DNA of 64,000 nucleotides from a bacterium (GCA_030427125.1 JAUHXF010000002.1:12248-76247); one strand, 5' to 3'; counted from the stretch's first letter, positions 9,583-21,827 are shown. Numbers and translations: made by a program. Notes: a model not told the origin generated them from the letters alone.

Positions 9583-9619
9583 GCATAAAAATTTTAGCGG
9601 TGGGAGCGCATAACAACAG

Positions 9620-10252
9620 GTGAGTTTAGGACTATTACTTGCAGTACTACTTGTTATAGCTGGTGGCACAGGAGTGGCGCTTTGGTTTATTTTACGTCCA
9701 CAATCGTCTGCGCATAAGGCGAAGCACTCAACCGGCAATAAGATAGACGACCTAACAGAGCAAGCAAAAGAAGATGTTGAACACATCTTTAATGACGAGT
9801 TTCGTGAAGAGCTCCGAAATCGTGGTCGTTTACATTTTGAGAAAATCATTGGTGAAAACGCGATGTTCTTGCAGCAAGATCTTCGCCTCACGACGTCACA
9901 GCTCAATGAATTCATGAAGAATGAGATTACGAGCGTGCTCAAGGAAGAGTTTTCAAAGTATGAAGAATCTATCAACGATGCAAAGCAATTGGCGATTGAC
10001 TCTATCCAAAAGACTCAATCGACGATCGAGCAGCAGCGTGAATTACTAACGCAACAGCTCAATAAGCAGCTTACAAGCGAGAAAGAAAAGAGTCTTGAGC
10101 GATTTGAATCGCATATGGCAGATATCGTAAACCATTATGTACTAGAAGCAGTTGGGGAACAGATTGATATGAGCGAGCAGTTAGATTTCATTCTCGCGCA
10201 AATGGAGAGAAATAAAGAAGCAATAATGAAGGACGTGAAGGATGGAGCCTAA
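9620..10252 (+). CDS. atpF: ATP synthase subunit b-like stalk protein (N-terminal TM plus long helical region)
   Basis: The call rests on architecture (one TM, then about 170 aa of charged helix) and on its position before the delta-like gene. Sequence similarity to b is weak. Confidence 0.5.
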   Translation: MSLGLLLAVLLVIAGGTGVALWFILRPQSSAHKAKHSTGNKIDDLTEQAKEDVEHIFNDEFREELRNRGRLHFEKIIGENAMFLQQDLRLTTSQLNEFMKNEITSVLKEEFSKYEESINDAKQLAIDSIQKTQSTIEQQRELLTQQLNKQLTSEKEKSLERFESHMADIVNHYVLEAVGEQIDMSEQLDFILAQMERNKEAIMKDVKDGA

Positions 10253-10811
10253 TCGTCAGTTTGTTGTGCCTGTTAGTGTAGTTTCTCCGACTGATGTCGC
10301 ACGTCTGAAGCGTGAGATAGAATCAGTCGATGAATTTTTTAGGCAGTCTGAAATTCGTGCTGGAGGCGAGCCGAGCGCTCATATGCCACAGATGAGTAAG
10401 CTGATGGACCAGCTTATCGCTGCAAATCAACTAAACCTCTTACAAGAAGAAGATAGACAATGGATTGTAGACTCATTAGTTCAGCTAGATGCAAGCGCAC
10501 CTGTGCTACACATAAGCTTCAGCGTAGACCCACCAGGTTCACACGTACGTAAAATTGTTTCATGGTTACGTGAAAATGTAGACCCAGGTGTACTCGTTAC
10601 GGTGGGCTTGCAGCCAAATATTGGTGCTGGTTGCGTTGTTCGAACGACTAACAAGATTTTTGATATGAGTTTGCGTGAATTTTTTGCAAGCAAGCGAAGC
10701 TTTTTTGTTAAAAAACTGCATGATGCAATTTCTGACCCAGATAGTGTAGAGTTGCCTGCAAATGCTCAGGTCCAACAGGAACAGCCTGCGCAGCAAGGGG
10801 CACCAGCATGA
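10242..10811 (+). CDS. atpH: ATP synthase subunit delta (OSCP)-like
   Basis: The C-terminal VLVTVGLQPNIGAGCVVRTTNKIFDMSLREFF matches the delta consensus (vdpsliGG..v+vgd.v.D.S). It overlaps atpA by ATGA. Confidence 0.65.
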   Translation: MEPNRQFVVPVSVVSPTDVARLKREIESVDEFFRQSEIRAGGEPSAHMPQMSKLMDQLIAANQLNLLQEEDRQWIVDSLVQLDASAPVLHISFSVDPPGSHVRKIVSWLRENVDPGVLVTVGLQPNIGAGCVVRTTNKIFDMSLREFFASKRSFFVKKLHDAISDPDSVELPANAQVQQEQPAQQGAPA

Positions 10812-12420
10812 GTACGATGACGGGGAATCAGCACTTTGATAAGCTTGTGGATGCTGGCAAACCAGTTGGTGAAGTTATTGGTGTCGAGAAGTTCATCGTA
10901 AAGGTGAAGGGGCTCCAGCCGTGTCGTGTTCATGCGCTTGTCATGTTCGATGATGGATCAAAAGGGTTTGTGCATCAAGTGTTGCGCGATCATGTTGTTG
11001 TGCTGCACTTGGGAGAAGTGGAGTTACGACTTGGTGCTATTGCTGTGATGCAACACGAGGAACTTGTCAGTAAGGTTGGAAAAGATTTCATTGGTCGTGT
11101 CGTTGATGTAACGGGAAAGCCGCTCGACGGCAAAGGGCCAATCGCTGCAGACGCCGTCTGGCCAGTGTTTAAGCCGGCTCCTGCGCTGTATGAGCGTAAA
11201 TTGCTTGATACACAGCTTGAGACTGGTGTGACTGCTCTCGATGCGTTGTTCCCGGTTGTACGTGGTCAGCGTATGGCGATGCTTGGTGATAGCAAATCAG
11301 GAAAAAGCACGCTGGCGACGCAAATGGTGATTAACCAGAAGAACACTGATCAAGTAGTGGTCTATTGTTTGATTGCGAAGCGCCGTACCGACATCGATAC
11401 ACTATTGTCACGATTAGAGGAAGCCGGCTCTCTTGATAAGGCGATCGTTGTTGTATCAACGATGTTTGAGTCGCTTATTATGAGCTATATTGCGCCGTAT
11501 GTTGCTTGTGCCATGGCTGAATATCTGTGGCAAGATCTAGGTCAAGATACGATTATTATTTATGATGACTTAACGTCGCATGCGCAGGCCTATCGAGAGG
11601 TTGCTCTATTATCTGGTGTGAGCCCGGGACGTGATAGTTATCCAGGTGATATGTTCTATGCTCACTCGAGTCTTCTTGAGCGTGCCGGACGCCTTGATCG
11701 TAATGGTGCACACTTAACCTCGATCCCGTTGATTAACGCGGCTGGCGGCGACATAACTGCTTATCTTCCAACCAACGTGATGTCTATTACTGACGGCCAA
11801 TGGATTCTTGATATGGACATCTTCCGTAATGGTGTTCGTCCTGCGGTCAACATGGGGTTGAGCGTGACACGTGTTGGTGGTGTTGGCCATCGAAAACGAC
11901 AAAAAGCCCTTGCCGCACAAACGTTAAAAATGCTCGCAGACTATCGGCAGTCAGAAGAGTTTTCACACTTCGGCTCAGAGTTAGCAGTGGAAGCAAAACG
12001 CGCACTTGAAACCGGTAAGCGTATGTTTGAGATCCTCACTCAAGGTCCTACAGACGTGTACTCTATTCCAGCGCAAGAGCTCATGCTCGATATTGTTCTA
12101 AACGTTGAAATGAACGAAACACTGGACGTCAGTCAGCTTATGCTAAACGTTAATGACATAGCGGCAACCATAAAAGACGACACTAATGATTCCGAATACG
12201 AAACAGCTAAAGCAGAATTGAAGAAGAAGTGTGTCAGCATGCTTGCAGGTGCTCCTGAACCAAAGAAAAAGTCAGAAGAGCCTGAAGGGGAAGAGGAAAA
12301 AGACGATAAAGATGCTGCAGGCGAGAAGAAAGATGATAAAAAAGAGACTAAGGAAGACAAAAAAGAGCCAGAGGTAAAGTCAGCCGGCGAACCAGAAACA
12401 AAAAATGAGGACAAGAAATA

Positions 12421-12421
<1 letters not shown>
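10808..12421 (+). CDS. atpA: F1 ATP synthase alpha subunit with a roughly 55-aa Lys/Glu-rich C-terminal extension
   Basis: It carries a Walker A GDSKSGKST, SVTRVGG (Arg finger region) and DDLTSHAQAYRE. The tail reads PEPKKKSEEPEGEEEKDDKD...KNEDKK. Confidence 0.93.
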
Positions 12422-14587
<2,166 letters not shown>

Positions 14588-14588
<1 letters not shown>

Positions 14589-14905
14589 TGGCTGTTCGCC
14601 AGGACGCATCGACTGGCGAAATGGTCGATGATGGTAATAGCGAGCAGAGTTCCATTGATCCCACCATGATGGAGATCAAGGTCTATTCACCGTACCAGAT
14701 TTATTTCGACGAACAAGCGTACAGCATTAGTGCAGTAAATGACACCGGCCCTTTCGACATTCTAAAAGGGCATCACCGCTTTTTGACACTCTTGTCGCCA
14801 TGCGAGTTATTAATACGAGCTCAGAATGGTGAAGAAAAGATTAAGATTTCTCGCGGTGTTATGTATGTCAAAGAAGATAAAGTCACGGTCTTTTTAGACG
14901 TATAA
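14588..14905 (+). CDS. atpC: F1 ATP synthase epsilon subunit, beta-sandwich domain only
   Basis: GPFDILKGHHRFLTLLSPCELLI...SRGVMYVKEDKVTVFLD matches the epsilon N-domain. There is no C-terminal helical hairpin. The ATG overlaps the atpD TAA. Confidence 0.8.
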
Positions 14906-14918
14906 AACTTCTAGTACG

Positions 14919-14951
14919 AAAAACGACCTGGCTTTTTTCAAGGAGGGTCGT
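14919..14951 (-). terminator. Hairpin plus T-run downstream of the convergent - strand gene
   Basis: The stem is acgacc(t)/(a)ggtcgt. Read on the - strand, it is followed by TTTTT. Confidence 0.45.
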
Positions 14952-15009
14952 CCAAATGCGCTACTCAATTTTTGTGAGAAGCGGGGTAGGGACTACTTCC
15001 TATCTAATG

Positions 15010-16008
15010 TTAGTCAATGACGACGTAGTCAAATGAAATGCCGCCTGGAGATGGAGCGCTTGCGGCAGATATTGTGAAGCTGGTGTTTGAACGTGCACTT
15101 AAGTAATAATTGCCAGAACTGACAGTACTTGCTGAATTAGACACAGGCGTTATCACAACATGAGGATTTCCAGAGAATGCGCTTACGAAGGTGACAGTTG
15201 CTAGATTTCCTGCAGAGGCTCCTGAGCCGATGTTTACCGTAACTGTTCCTGCAGTATCGGTACCGCTAATAGAGACAGTACTGCCTGATCCGCCAGCACC
15301 ACCGCGTGTAACACTTGGTGTGGCTCCTCCAGCATCAATATGACGCGTGAAAGCGACATCTCCGTTTAACTGTAGGGAATCTAATGTTATTGAAGGCGCA
15401 GATAAATTACCGCCAAAACTAGCTTCGCCTGCTACGCTTAGATTCTGTTCAACCACCAATGTACCTTGGATGCTAGCGTCACCCGCAATGGAGAGTGCGT
15501 TTAAAAGCACCTCATCAAATTGACTTGTTCCTGAGACAGTAATTCCCGGTAAGTTAAGCTCTCCGCCGACTTTTATTGGTCCGGCGACATCGAGGCCGTC
15601 TCGAATCAGGACTTGTCCATTAAAAACTGAGTTTGACTCGACGGTGAGTAGCTGTTTCGGGTCCCCAATAGTAGCTTCATTGCTGCTAAGATTGTCGATT
15701 GCTTCTTGCGTTAACTCTTGAGTCTGTATTTGCTCAGCTTCGTTGGCTTGTCTGTTCCCTGTATTGACGACGATATAGACAATTATTAATGCTATGACAA
15801 GGATAAGAATGAATGCAAGTAAATAAACATTAAGTCTTGTCGCGACACGGCTTGCGAGTCCGCCTAGACCTTTCCCGCCTGCAGCAGGAGACTTAGCTTT
15901 CGTTTTCTTGCCGCTGTCTTCGGGTGTCTCGGTAACCTGTGTATCTTGATCTTCAAGGGTCTCGAGCTCACTACGTTCTTCGCTTGGTTTTTCTTCCACG
16001 TTTTCCAC
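15010..16008 (-). CDS. Membrane-anchored protein with a predicted beta-helix-like repeat region (hypothetical)
   Basis: It has an acidic N-terminus and a TM (LNVYLLAFILILVIALIIVYIVV). Repetitive G/S/V-rich segments follow (LNLPGITVSGTSQF, SIAGDASIQGTLVV, LSVAGEASFGGNL). The start is GTG. Confidence 0.7.
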   Translation of the reverse strand: MENVEEKPSEERSELETLEDQDTQVTETPEDSGKKTKAKSPAAGGKGLGGLASRVATRLNVYLLAFILILVIALIIVYIVVNTGNRQANEAEQIQTQELTQEAIDNLSSNEATIGDPKQLLTVESNSVFNGQVLIRDGLDVAGPIKVGGELNLPGITVSGTSQFDEVLLNALSIAGDASIQGTLVVEQNLSVAGEASFGGNLSAPSITLDSLQLNGDVAFTRHIDAGGATPSVTRGGAGGSGSTVSISGTDTAGTVTVNIGSGASAGNLATVTFVSAFSGNPHVVITPVSNSASTVSSGNYYLSARSNTSFTISAASAPSPGGISFDYVVID

Positions 16009-16162
16009 CTATTACGCTAGCAATATTAGCGTTATATTCGATTAAGCATAAGTGTAAACTAAATTGAAGATAATGTCACGGTGTTTCTAAGCAGTGCAAA
16101 TCCACAGCTTGCAGCTTAAGCATTATTGTGTGATACTGATTCTGTAGAAAGATTAAATAAAA

Positions 16163-16855
16163 ATGGCCTATAAAAAGGGAAGAAATCTCCACAAAAAGCG
16201 CGTACGAAGTAAGCGGACAATCGTTGCTTCGTTTATGTTGCTATTTTTGGCCATAATTGTTTCTGGAATAATTTTCGTAGATCGTATTTTGAGTGAGACA
16301 GAAAGTTCACGTTTTGTTGACACTGGGGTACAGGCGAAAGTTGAGTCGTCAACTATTAACATTTTCAGAACGCCGTATTTTCAGTTTCAAGCACCAAGGG
16401 ATTGGCGAGAAATAACAGAAGAAACGAACGAATCTCGATTTGTTTATCGAGGCTTTAAAGAGAATCTCGTTGAGCATCAATTGATTGTCGAGGTTGATAA
16501 TGACCGTACGCAGTTCCCTGTAGATATCGCAGATGAAATTACACGCGCATATCCGTTCAAGGAAGAAAATAATCGCATTGTTCCAACGGCGGGTATTTCT
16601 GACCATTGTGGTGATTTAGAAGAGGGTCTTCCAAATAAATTAATTCGTATGACGTATGAGAATACTGAATTCGACTGTGTTGTTGACGGCTCATCGTACG
16701 TTGTGTCATTAACGGAGGATGGAGGTAATGAAGTATTCACGCATGTTGGACAAGACGGGGTCGAGCGTACATTCCGCGTTACCTACCAGAACTCAGCATT
16801 TACACCAAGTGGCGCAATTCTACGTTCAATAGTAAAGACGTTCTTGCTTTTGTAG
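16163..16855 (+). CDS. N-terminally anchored hypothetical protein
   Basis: A basic N-terminus plus a TM (IVASFMLLFLAIIVSGIIFV). It lies just upstream of the surface-protein locus. Confidence 0.65.
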   Translation: MAYKKGRNLHKKRVRSKRTIVASFMLLFLAIIVSGIIFVDRILSETESSRFVDTGVQAKVESSTINIFRTPYFQFQAPRDWREITEETNESRFVYRGFKENLVEHQLIVEVDNDRTQFPVDIADEITRAYPFKEENNRIVPTAGISDHCGDLEEGLPNKLIRMTYENTEFDCVVDGSSYVVSLTEDGGNEVFTHVGQDGVERTFRVTYQNSAFTPSGAILRSIVKTFLLL

Positions 16856-16896
16856 ATTTATAAGTAAAAAATGCTACTATATAGGCTATAACGCTT

Positions 16897-17682
16897 ATGA
16901 AAAAAAATAGAGTTGTTCGAAATCTATTGCCTGTTGCATTTGCAGCGATGCTTCTTTTCGTGCCGTCGGTACGGACCTATGCACAAACGCCGAGCTCACC
17001 AAATTATCAGGTGCCAGAGAGTTCATTCAGTACGGGTGGTGACGTTGATGCGAGTTCGAGTGGTTTTCGCGCAAATGCGTCAGTGGGCGAGCTTGGCGTT
17101 GGCATCGCCGACAGCTTTAGCTATTCCGCTCAAGCAGGACTCATAACACCAAACGAAGAATTTCTTGAACTTGTCGTGCAGACCTCGAGTGTTGACCTCG
17201 GTACACTGCTTTCAACGACAACAGCTATTGGTTCAGGCGATTTTTACGTCCGTACCTATATAAACGGTAATTATGTCGTTCAGACAATGAGTCCAACAAT
17301 GACGAGTGAAGCTGGCAGCACAATCGACCCGGTAGTTACAGCAGCTATACCGGCGACAAACACGAATCAGTTTGGGATTAACCTGGTTGAAAATACCTGT
17401 CCCGCTAGTGTCTCGATAGATACACCTTGTGTAGGCACGTTTGGTACGAACCCTGCTCCAGCGCCTTCAACACAGTTTGCAAACGGGGAAGCCGCGACAG
17501 GATACGATACCGACGGTTTTTATCAATACAATCAGAACGATGTTATCGCTCAATCAGGCTCGGTCGGTGAAGCTTGGGGACGCACAAACTTCTCAGTGAG
17601 TTACATGGTGAACGTTAATAGTACGTTGCCCGCAGGACAGTACGAGATGAATCATGATTTGGTGCTCATCTCGACATTCTAG
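16897..17682 (+). CDS. Secreted subunit P1 of the surface locus (small paralog)
   Basis: The signal peptide ends in ...VRTYA|QT. It has SxNY/SSSGF repeats and shares the FG[IML]N/T block and the C-terminus LPAGQYEMNHDLVLISTF with P2-P4. Confidence 0.8.
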   Translation: MKKNRVVRNLLPVAFAAMLLFVPSVRTYAQTPSSPNYQVPESSFSTGGDVDASSSGFRANASVGELGVGIADSFSYSAQAGLITPNEEFLELVVQTSSVDLGTLLSTTTAIGSGDFYVRTYINGNYVVQTMSPTMTSEAGSTIDPVVTAAIPATNTNQFGINLVENTCPASVSIDTPCVGTFGTNPAPAPSTQFANGEAATGYDTDGFYQYNQNDVIAQSGSVGEAWGRTNFSVSYMVNVNSTLPAGQYEMNHDLVLISTF

Positions 17683-17708
17683 CCTGTTGATAACTTTTTA
17701 AAAAAACC

Positions 17709-17737
17709 TTGTGCTTTTACAAAATTACTAGTACTAT
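17709..17737 (+). promoter_or_regulatory. Putative promoter TTGTGC-N17-TACTAT for P2
   Basis: The sequence reads ccTTGTGCttttacaaaattactagTACTATaat. The AAAGGAG SD is at 17774 and the ATG at 17787. Confidence 0.45.
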
Positions 17738-17786
17738 AATCACGCACTAACTTAAAACAAAAATACAATTTAAAAAGGAGAAGCGT

Positions 17787-19118
17787 ATGAAAATACGTCA
17801 TTTGCAGGCAGCTACGGCTGTTCGCAAGACTACATTGCTTGTAGCTTCTGCAGTGCTTGGCCTCACAGCGGCGATACCGCTCATGGGCATTGCATCAGCA
17901 GCTCCTCAGATAACTGAGCGAGAACTACAGGCTTCATCTGCTACACCGTCAGACACAGGTGTCACCCTCACATGGGTATTCGACACGACTGATCTTGGTG
18001 GAGCAACGAACGTCGATCATATAGAGATCGAATTCTGTGATACACCTCTCGGTACATGTAACACCGAGGTAGGTGACGCAGATAACGGAGCAACAGATGG
18101 TATACCACAATTACCAGGTGCTCCAACAGCAACGTTGTCTGGTCCATGGACAACGAACACGAACGCAGCTTCACGCGTTGCAGGTGACGGAGGTGGTACA
18201 AACAACCAAATCCTCGTCGACAAAACTGTTGTTGACGACACAAATAACGCTGACGAACTACAAATCGCAATCGGTGGCTTCACGAACGATGACGAAGCCA
18301 ACCAGTCATACTACACCCGAATGCGACTGTACAGCGATACAGGAACCACTCTTGAGTGGGAAGGTGTATTCGCACAAAGCACATCACAAACGTTGAACGT
18401 CTCAGCTCGAGTCCAAGAGCGTCTAGACTTCTGTGTTGGTGCAACTGTTACAGATACAGAAGCGGCAAACCTACGTAACAGCGGCGACACAGCTGATATT
18501 TCATCATGTGCTGATGTTGACGGTACAAACGTAGACCTTGGTGTTGTAGATTCAAACCCAAGTATCACACCTGTTTCAACTGCTGATGGTGGTAACCAGA
18601 CAAACGGTCTCGCCCTCATCAACACAAACGCTGTAGTCGGAACAACTGTTCAATATGCAGCTATTCAAGATGGTGCTGACGGTAAGCTTAAGGTTGACGG
18701 TGCAGTATGTACTGACAACGTTTCAGCAATTGACCAGTGTTTTAACAGCCTTGCAGCACAAGCTGCTCTATCTGGCGAAAGCTTTGGTATGACAGTTGCT
18801 GGTGTTAACTGTGATGTAAACGGTGGGACAGGATATACCTGTAACTACACAGCAGGAGACACAAGTCTTGGCCCTGTCGCAGCATTTACTGGCGGCACAT
18901 ACACAGCTGGTACAACAGGTTCTTACGGACACACAGCATTCCGCTGGGATGATGATGGTTCATATGTAACTATTGCTCAAACAAGCTCAGCTGGTACAGG
19001 AACACACGTCATTGACAACGAAGCTCTCATCCTCGTATTTGGTGCTCAAGCAGCCCTAACCACACCTACTGGTCAATACGATGTAGATGCAGACTTTGTT
19101 GCAACACCTACATTCTAA
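17787..19118 (+). CDS. Secreted subunit P2 (large paralog A)
   Basis: The signal peptide ends in ...GIASA|APQ. It has the conserved IEIEFCDTPLGTCN and RLDFCVGATV blocks, and its C-terminus is TPTGQYDVDADFVATPTF. Confidence 0.85.
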   Translation: MKIRHLQAATAVRKTTLLVASAVLGLTAAIPLMGIASAAPQITERELQASSATPSDTGVTLTWVFDTTDLGGATNVDHIEIEFCDTPLGTCNTEVGDADNGATDGIPQLPGAPTATLSGPWTTNTNAASRVAGDGGGTNNQILVDKTVVDDTNNADELQIAIGGFTNDDEANQSYYTRMRLYSDTGTTLEWEGVFAQSTSQTLNVSARVQERLDFCVGATVTDTEAANLRNSGDTADISSCADVDGTNVDLGVVDSNPSITPVSTADGGNQTNGLALINTNAVVGTTVQYAAIQDGADGKLKVDGAVCTDNVSAIDQCFNSLAAQAALSGESFGMTVAGVNCDVNGGTGYTCNYTAGDTSLGPVAAFTGGTYTAGTTGSYGHTAFRWDDDGSYVTIAQTSSAGTGTHVIDNEALILVFGAQAALTTPTGQYDVDADFVATPTF

Positions 19119-19200
19119 GTACGACATAAGTTAACAATTAAAACGAATTCTGACGAAAAAATACGACGAAATCTCGTTTTAAGTTACGTGCAGTAACACG

Positions 19201-19245
19201 AAAAACTGGCCTTGATTCTTCTCAGTAAGAACAGGCCAGTTTTTA
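19201..19245 (+). terminator. Rho-independent terminator between the P2 and P3 genes
   Basis: The hairpin is aaaaactggcct...aggccagttttt, with an inner ttctt/aagaa extension and a T-run. Confidence 0.7.
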
Positions 19246-19282
19246 ATTGTGGAAAATCACTCATTGCGCAGCACTTAAACGC

Positions 19283-19311
19283 TTGTGCTAAAAAGTGACT
19301 CGTGATATTCT
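19283..19311 (+). promoter_or_regulatory. Putative promoter TTGTGC-N17-TATTCT (preceded by TGa) for P3
   Basis: The sequence reads gcTTGTGCtaaaaagtgactcgTGaTATTCT. The AAAGGAAA SD precedes ATG 19357. Confidence 0.4.
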
Positions 19312-19356
19312 TCTGTGGTACATCAACAAATAAAAACATTTAAAAAAGGAAAACAA

Positions 19357-20712
19357 ATGCAAAGTTTATATACTCGCATCTATAAAGACTTGCGAAAAAC
19401 TACATTGCTTGCACAAGCTGCCGTGCTAAGTATTGCAACGGTATTGCCGTTTGTAATGATGGGTATGGCCTCAGCAGCTCCTCAGGTTACTGAGCGAGAG
19501 TTGCAAGCATCAACAGCGATACCTGCAGATACAGGCGTGACACTTACATGGATATTTGACACAACTGATCTCGGTGGAGCAACGAACGTCGATCATATTG
19601 AGATTGAATTCTGTGATTCACCACTCGGTACATGTAACACCGAAGATGGTGGTGCTGATAACGGTGCTACAGATGGTATACCTATCATTAATGCAGCTCC
19701 ATCAGCTACTCTTTCTGGTCCATGGACGACAACAGCTGTCACGGCAACAACACGTCAAGCAGGTGACGGAGGCGGTACAAACAACCAAATTCTCATCGAC
19801 AAGACGAACGCTGATGACACAAACAACGCCGACGAACTACAAATCGCAATCGGTGGCTTCACGAACGATGACGAAGCTAACCAGTCATACTACACTCGAA
19901 TGCGACTCTATAGCGACACTGGTACAACCCTTGTCTGGGAAGGTGTCTTCGCACAAAGCACAGCTCAAACATTGAACGTCTCAGCTCGAGTTCAAGAGCG
20001 TCTAGACTTCTGTGTTGGTGCAACGGTAACTGACAGCGAATCTGCAAACCTACGTGATAGCGGTGACACAGCTGACATTTCATCATGTGCTGATGTTGAC
20101 GGAACGACTGTTGACCTTGGTGTTGTAGACGCTAACCCGAGTGAAACTCCAGTTGGCACTGCTGATGAAGGCAACAACACAAACGGTCTCGCCCTCATCA
20201 ACACCAACGCTGTGGTTGGAACAACTGTTCAATACGCAGCTATTCAAGAAGGTGGTATTACAAATGGACCAGGACGCCTCAAAGTAGATGGTGCTGAGTG
20301 TGACGCAAGTGCGACATCAACTACTGACCAATGTTTCACAAGTCTCGGTACAGCCGGTGCACTATCAGGTGAAAGCTTTGGTATGACCATTGCAGGTGTC
20401 AACTGTGACGTGAACAGTGGTGCAGGTTATACTTGTGACTACACAGCTGGCGACACAAGCATCGGTCCGGTAGCGGATTTTACTGGTGGTACATACACAG
20501 CAGGTACAACTGGCTCATATGGCCACACACAGTACCGATGGGATGAGGGTGGTTCATACGTAACTATTGCTCAAACAAGCTCTGCTGGTACAGGTACACA
20601 CGTCATCGATAACGAAGCATTGATCCTCGTATTCGGTGCTCAGGCAGCATTGACAACACCAACGGGACTTTACGACGTAGACGCAGACTTTGTTGCGACA
20701 CCTACGTTCTAA
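19357..20712 (+). CDS. Secreted subunit P3 (large paralog B, tandem duplicate of P2)
   Basis: The N-terminus aligns with P2 from MQSLY...RKTTLL...ASAAPQ. Long stretches of near-identical nucleotide sequence are shared with P2. The ORF track start of 19315 is probably too early. Confidence 0.85.
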   Translation: MQSLYTRIYKDLRKTTLLAQAAVLSIATVLPFVMMGMASAAPQVTERELQASTAIPADTGVTLTWIFDTTDLGGATNVDHIEIEFCDSPLGTCNTEDGGADNGATDGIPIINAAPSATLSGPWTTTAVTATTRQAGDGGGTNNQILIDKTNADDTNNADELQIAIGGFTNDDEANQSYYTRMRLYSDTGTTLVWEGVFAQSTAQTLNVSARVQERLDFCVGATVTDSESANLRDSGDTADISSCADVDGTTVDLGVVDANPSETPVGTADEGNNTNGLALINTNAVVGTTVQYAAIQEGGITNGPGRLKVDGAECDASATSTTDQCFTSLGTAGALSGESFGMTIAGVNCDVNSGAGYTCDYTAGDTSIGPVADFTGGTYTAGTTGSYGHTQYRWDEGGSYVTIAQTSSAGTGTHVIDNEALILVFGAQAALTTPTGLYDVDADFVATPTF

Positions 20713-20728
20713 GTACGGGGCATGAAGC

Positions 20729-21799
20729 GTGGGGGTTACCTTTGAGAAAGTAACATTCCTTGCCCTAGGCAAGAAGCTAGCACTACTCAGCGTGGTGCTA
20801 GCTTTTCTATTTGGATTTTTCAGCTTGCACGCTCGTGCAGATAACATCCTAGATCGTTCTATCGAGATTTCATCAGCGGTACCGGGAGAAGGAAACATAG
20901 ATTATGAAATAGACTTTCGGCCTGTAACTGCTAGTCCTATCGGGTCTGTTGTGTTTGAGTTTTGTGATAATTCACCACTGCCAAACGTCTCGTGCAGCCT
21001 AACAAACGGTCTCGATATCACTTCGGCAACACTAACAACACAGACTGGTAACACCGGATTTGTCGTTGGCGCTGCTGCTTCGCCTGCAACTCAGGTTCTT
21101 ATATCACGTGCTGTCGCACCGATTAACCTTGTGGATTCCAGTTACACATTTGCAAATATGCTTAATCCATCCTCACCGAACAGCACGACATATGTTCGTA
21201 TTTATCTTTATGCGAGTACAGACGGTACGGGTACGCCAGTAGATGAAGGGAGTGTTGCATTCTCAACTGCTGAAAACTTTAGCGTTGGAGCCTATGTCCC
21301 ACCTTTTTTAACATTTTGCGTTGGAGAGACGGTTGCTCTAGATTGTAGCTCGACAGCTGGAGATCTGCTCGAGTTTGGTGAGCTTAGCGAGTCCACGCCG
21401 CGTTCAGCGACTTCTCAATTCTCAGCTGCCACAAATGACCCTGAAGGATATAATATATTTTCGACTGGCTCAACAATGACATCAGGAAACAACATTATTA
21501 ATCCATTAACTGAGCAGACTCGTAGTATTTCAGGCGAGTCACAATTTGGTCTAAATTTACGTCGAAATGCGCAACCAAATGTTGGAGCGAACCCGCAAGG
21601 TTCGAACAGTGGCAGGCCTGCGAATGATTACAATAATCCGAATCGATATAAGTTTGAGAATGGAGCGGTTATCGCACGTTCACCAAACTCCACTGCCTAT
21701 ACCAGATATACAGTCAGTTATATCGTTAATATTTCTGAAGATCAGGCGCCGGGTAGCTATTCAACATCACTCATATATACTGCTATAGCATCATTTTAG
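20729..21799 (+). CDS. Secreted subunit P4 (divergent paralog)
   Basis: The start is GTG and the signal peptide ends in ...SLHARA|DN. It shares the R.I.ISSA.P, VFEFCDNSPL...C, LTFCVGETV and SQFGLNL blocks, and its C-terminus is APGSYSTSLIYTAIASF. Confidence 0.8.
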   Translation: MGVTFEKVTFLALGKKLALLSVVLAFLFGFFSLHARADNILDRSIEISSAVPGEGNIDYEIDFRPVTASPIGSVVFEFCDNSPLPNVSCSLTNGLDITSATLTTQTGNTGFVVGAAASPATQVLISRAVAPINLVDSSYTFANMLNPSSPNSTTYVRIYLYASTDGTGTPVDEGSVAFSTAENFSVGAYVPPFLTFCVGETVALDCSSTAGDLLEFGELSESTPRSATSQFSAATNDPEGYNIFSTGSTMTSGNNIINPLTEQTRSISGESQFGLNLRRNAQPNVGANPQGSNSGRPANDYNNPNRYKFENGAVIARSPNSTAYTRYTVSYIVNISEDQAPGSYSTSLIYTAIASF

Positions 21800-21818
21800 C
21801 TTGCCACAATTCATTGCA

Positions 21819-21827
21819 TGGTATACT
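21819..21827 (+). promoter_or_regulatory. Extended -10 (TGgTATACT) inside the P4/P5 junction
   Basis: The sequence reads gcaTGgTATACTtgtgct. It lies 36 nt upstream of ATG 21864, which has a GGAGAGG SD. Confidence 0.35.

Noticed and set aside
17787-20712. A possible diversity-generating retroelement (template/variable repeat pair), given that CPR genomes often carry DGRs.
   Set aside because: No reverse transcriptase ORF lies in the window. The repeated units are whole genes, and the substitutions I could see are not restricted to adenine positions.
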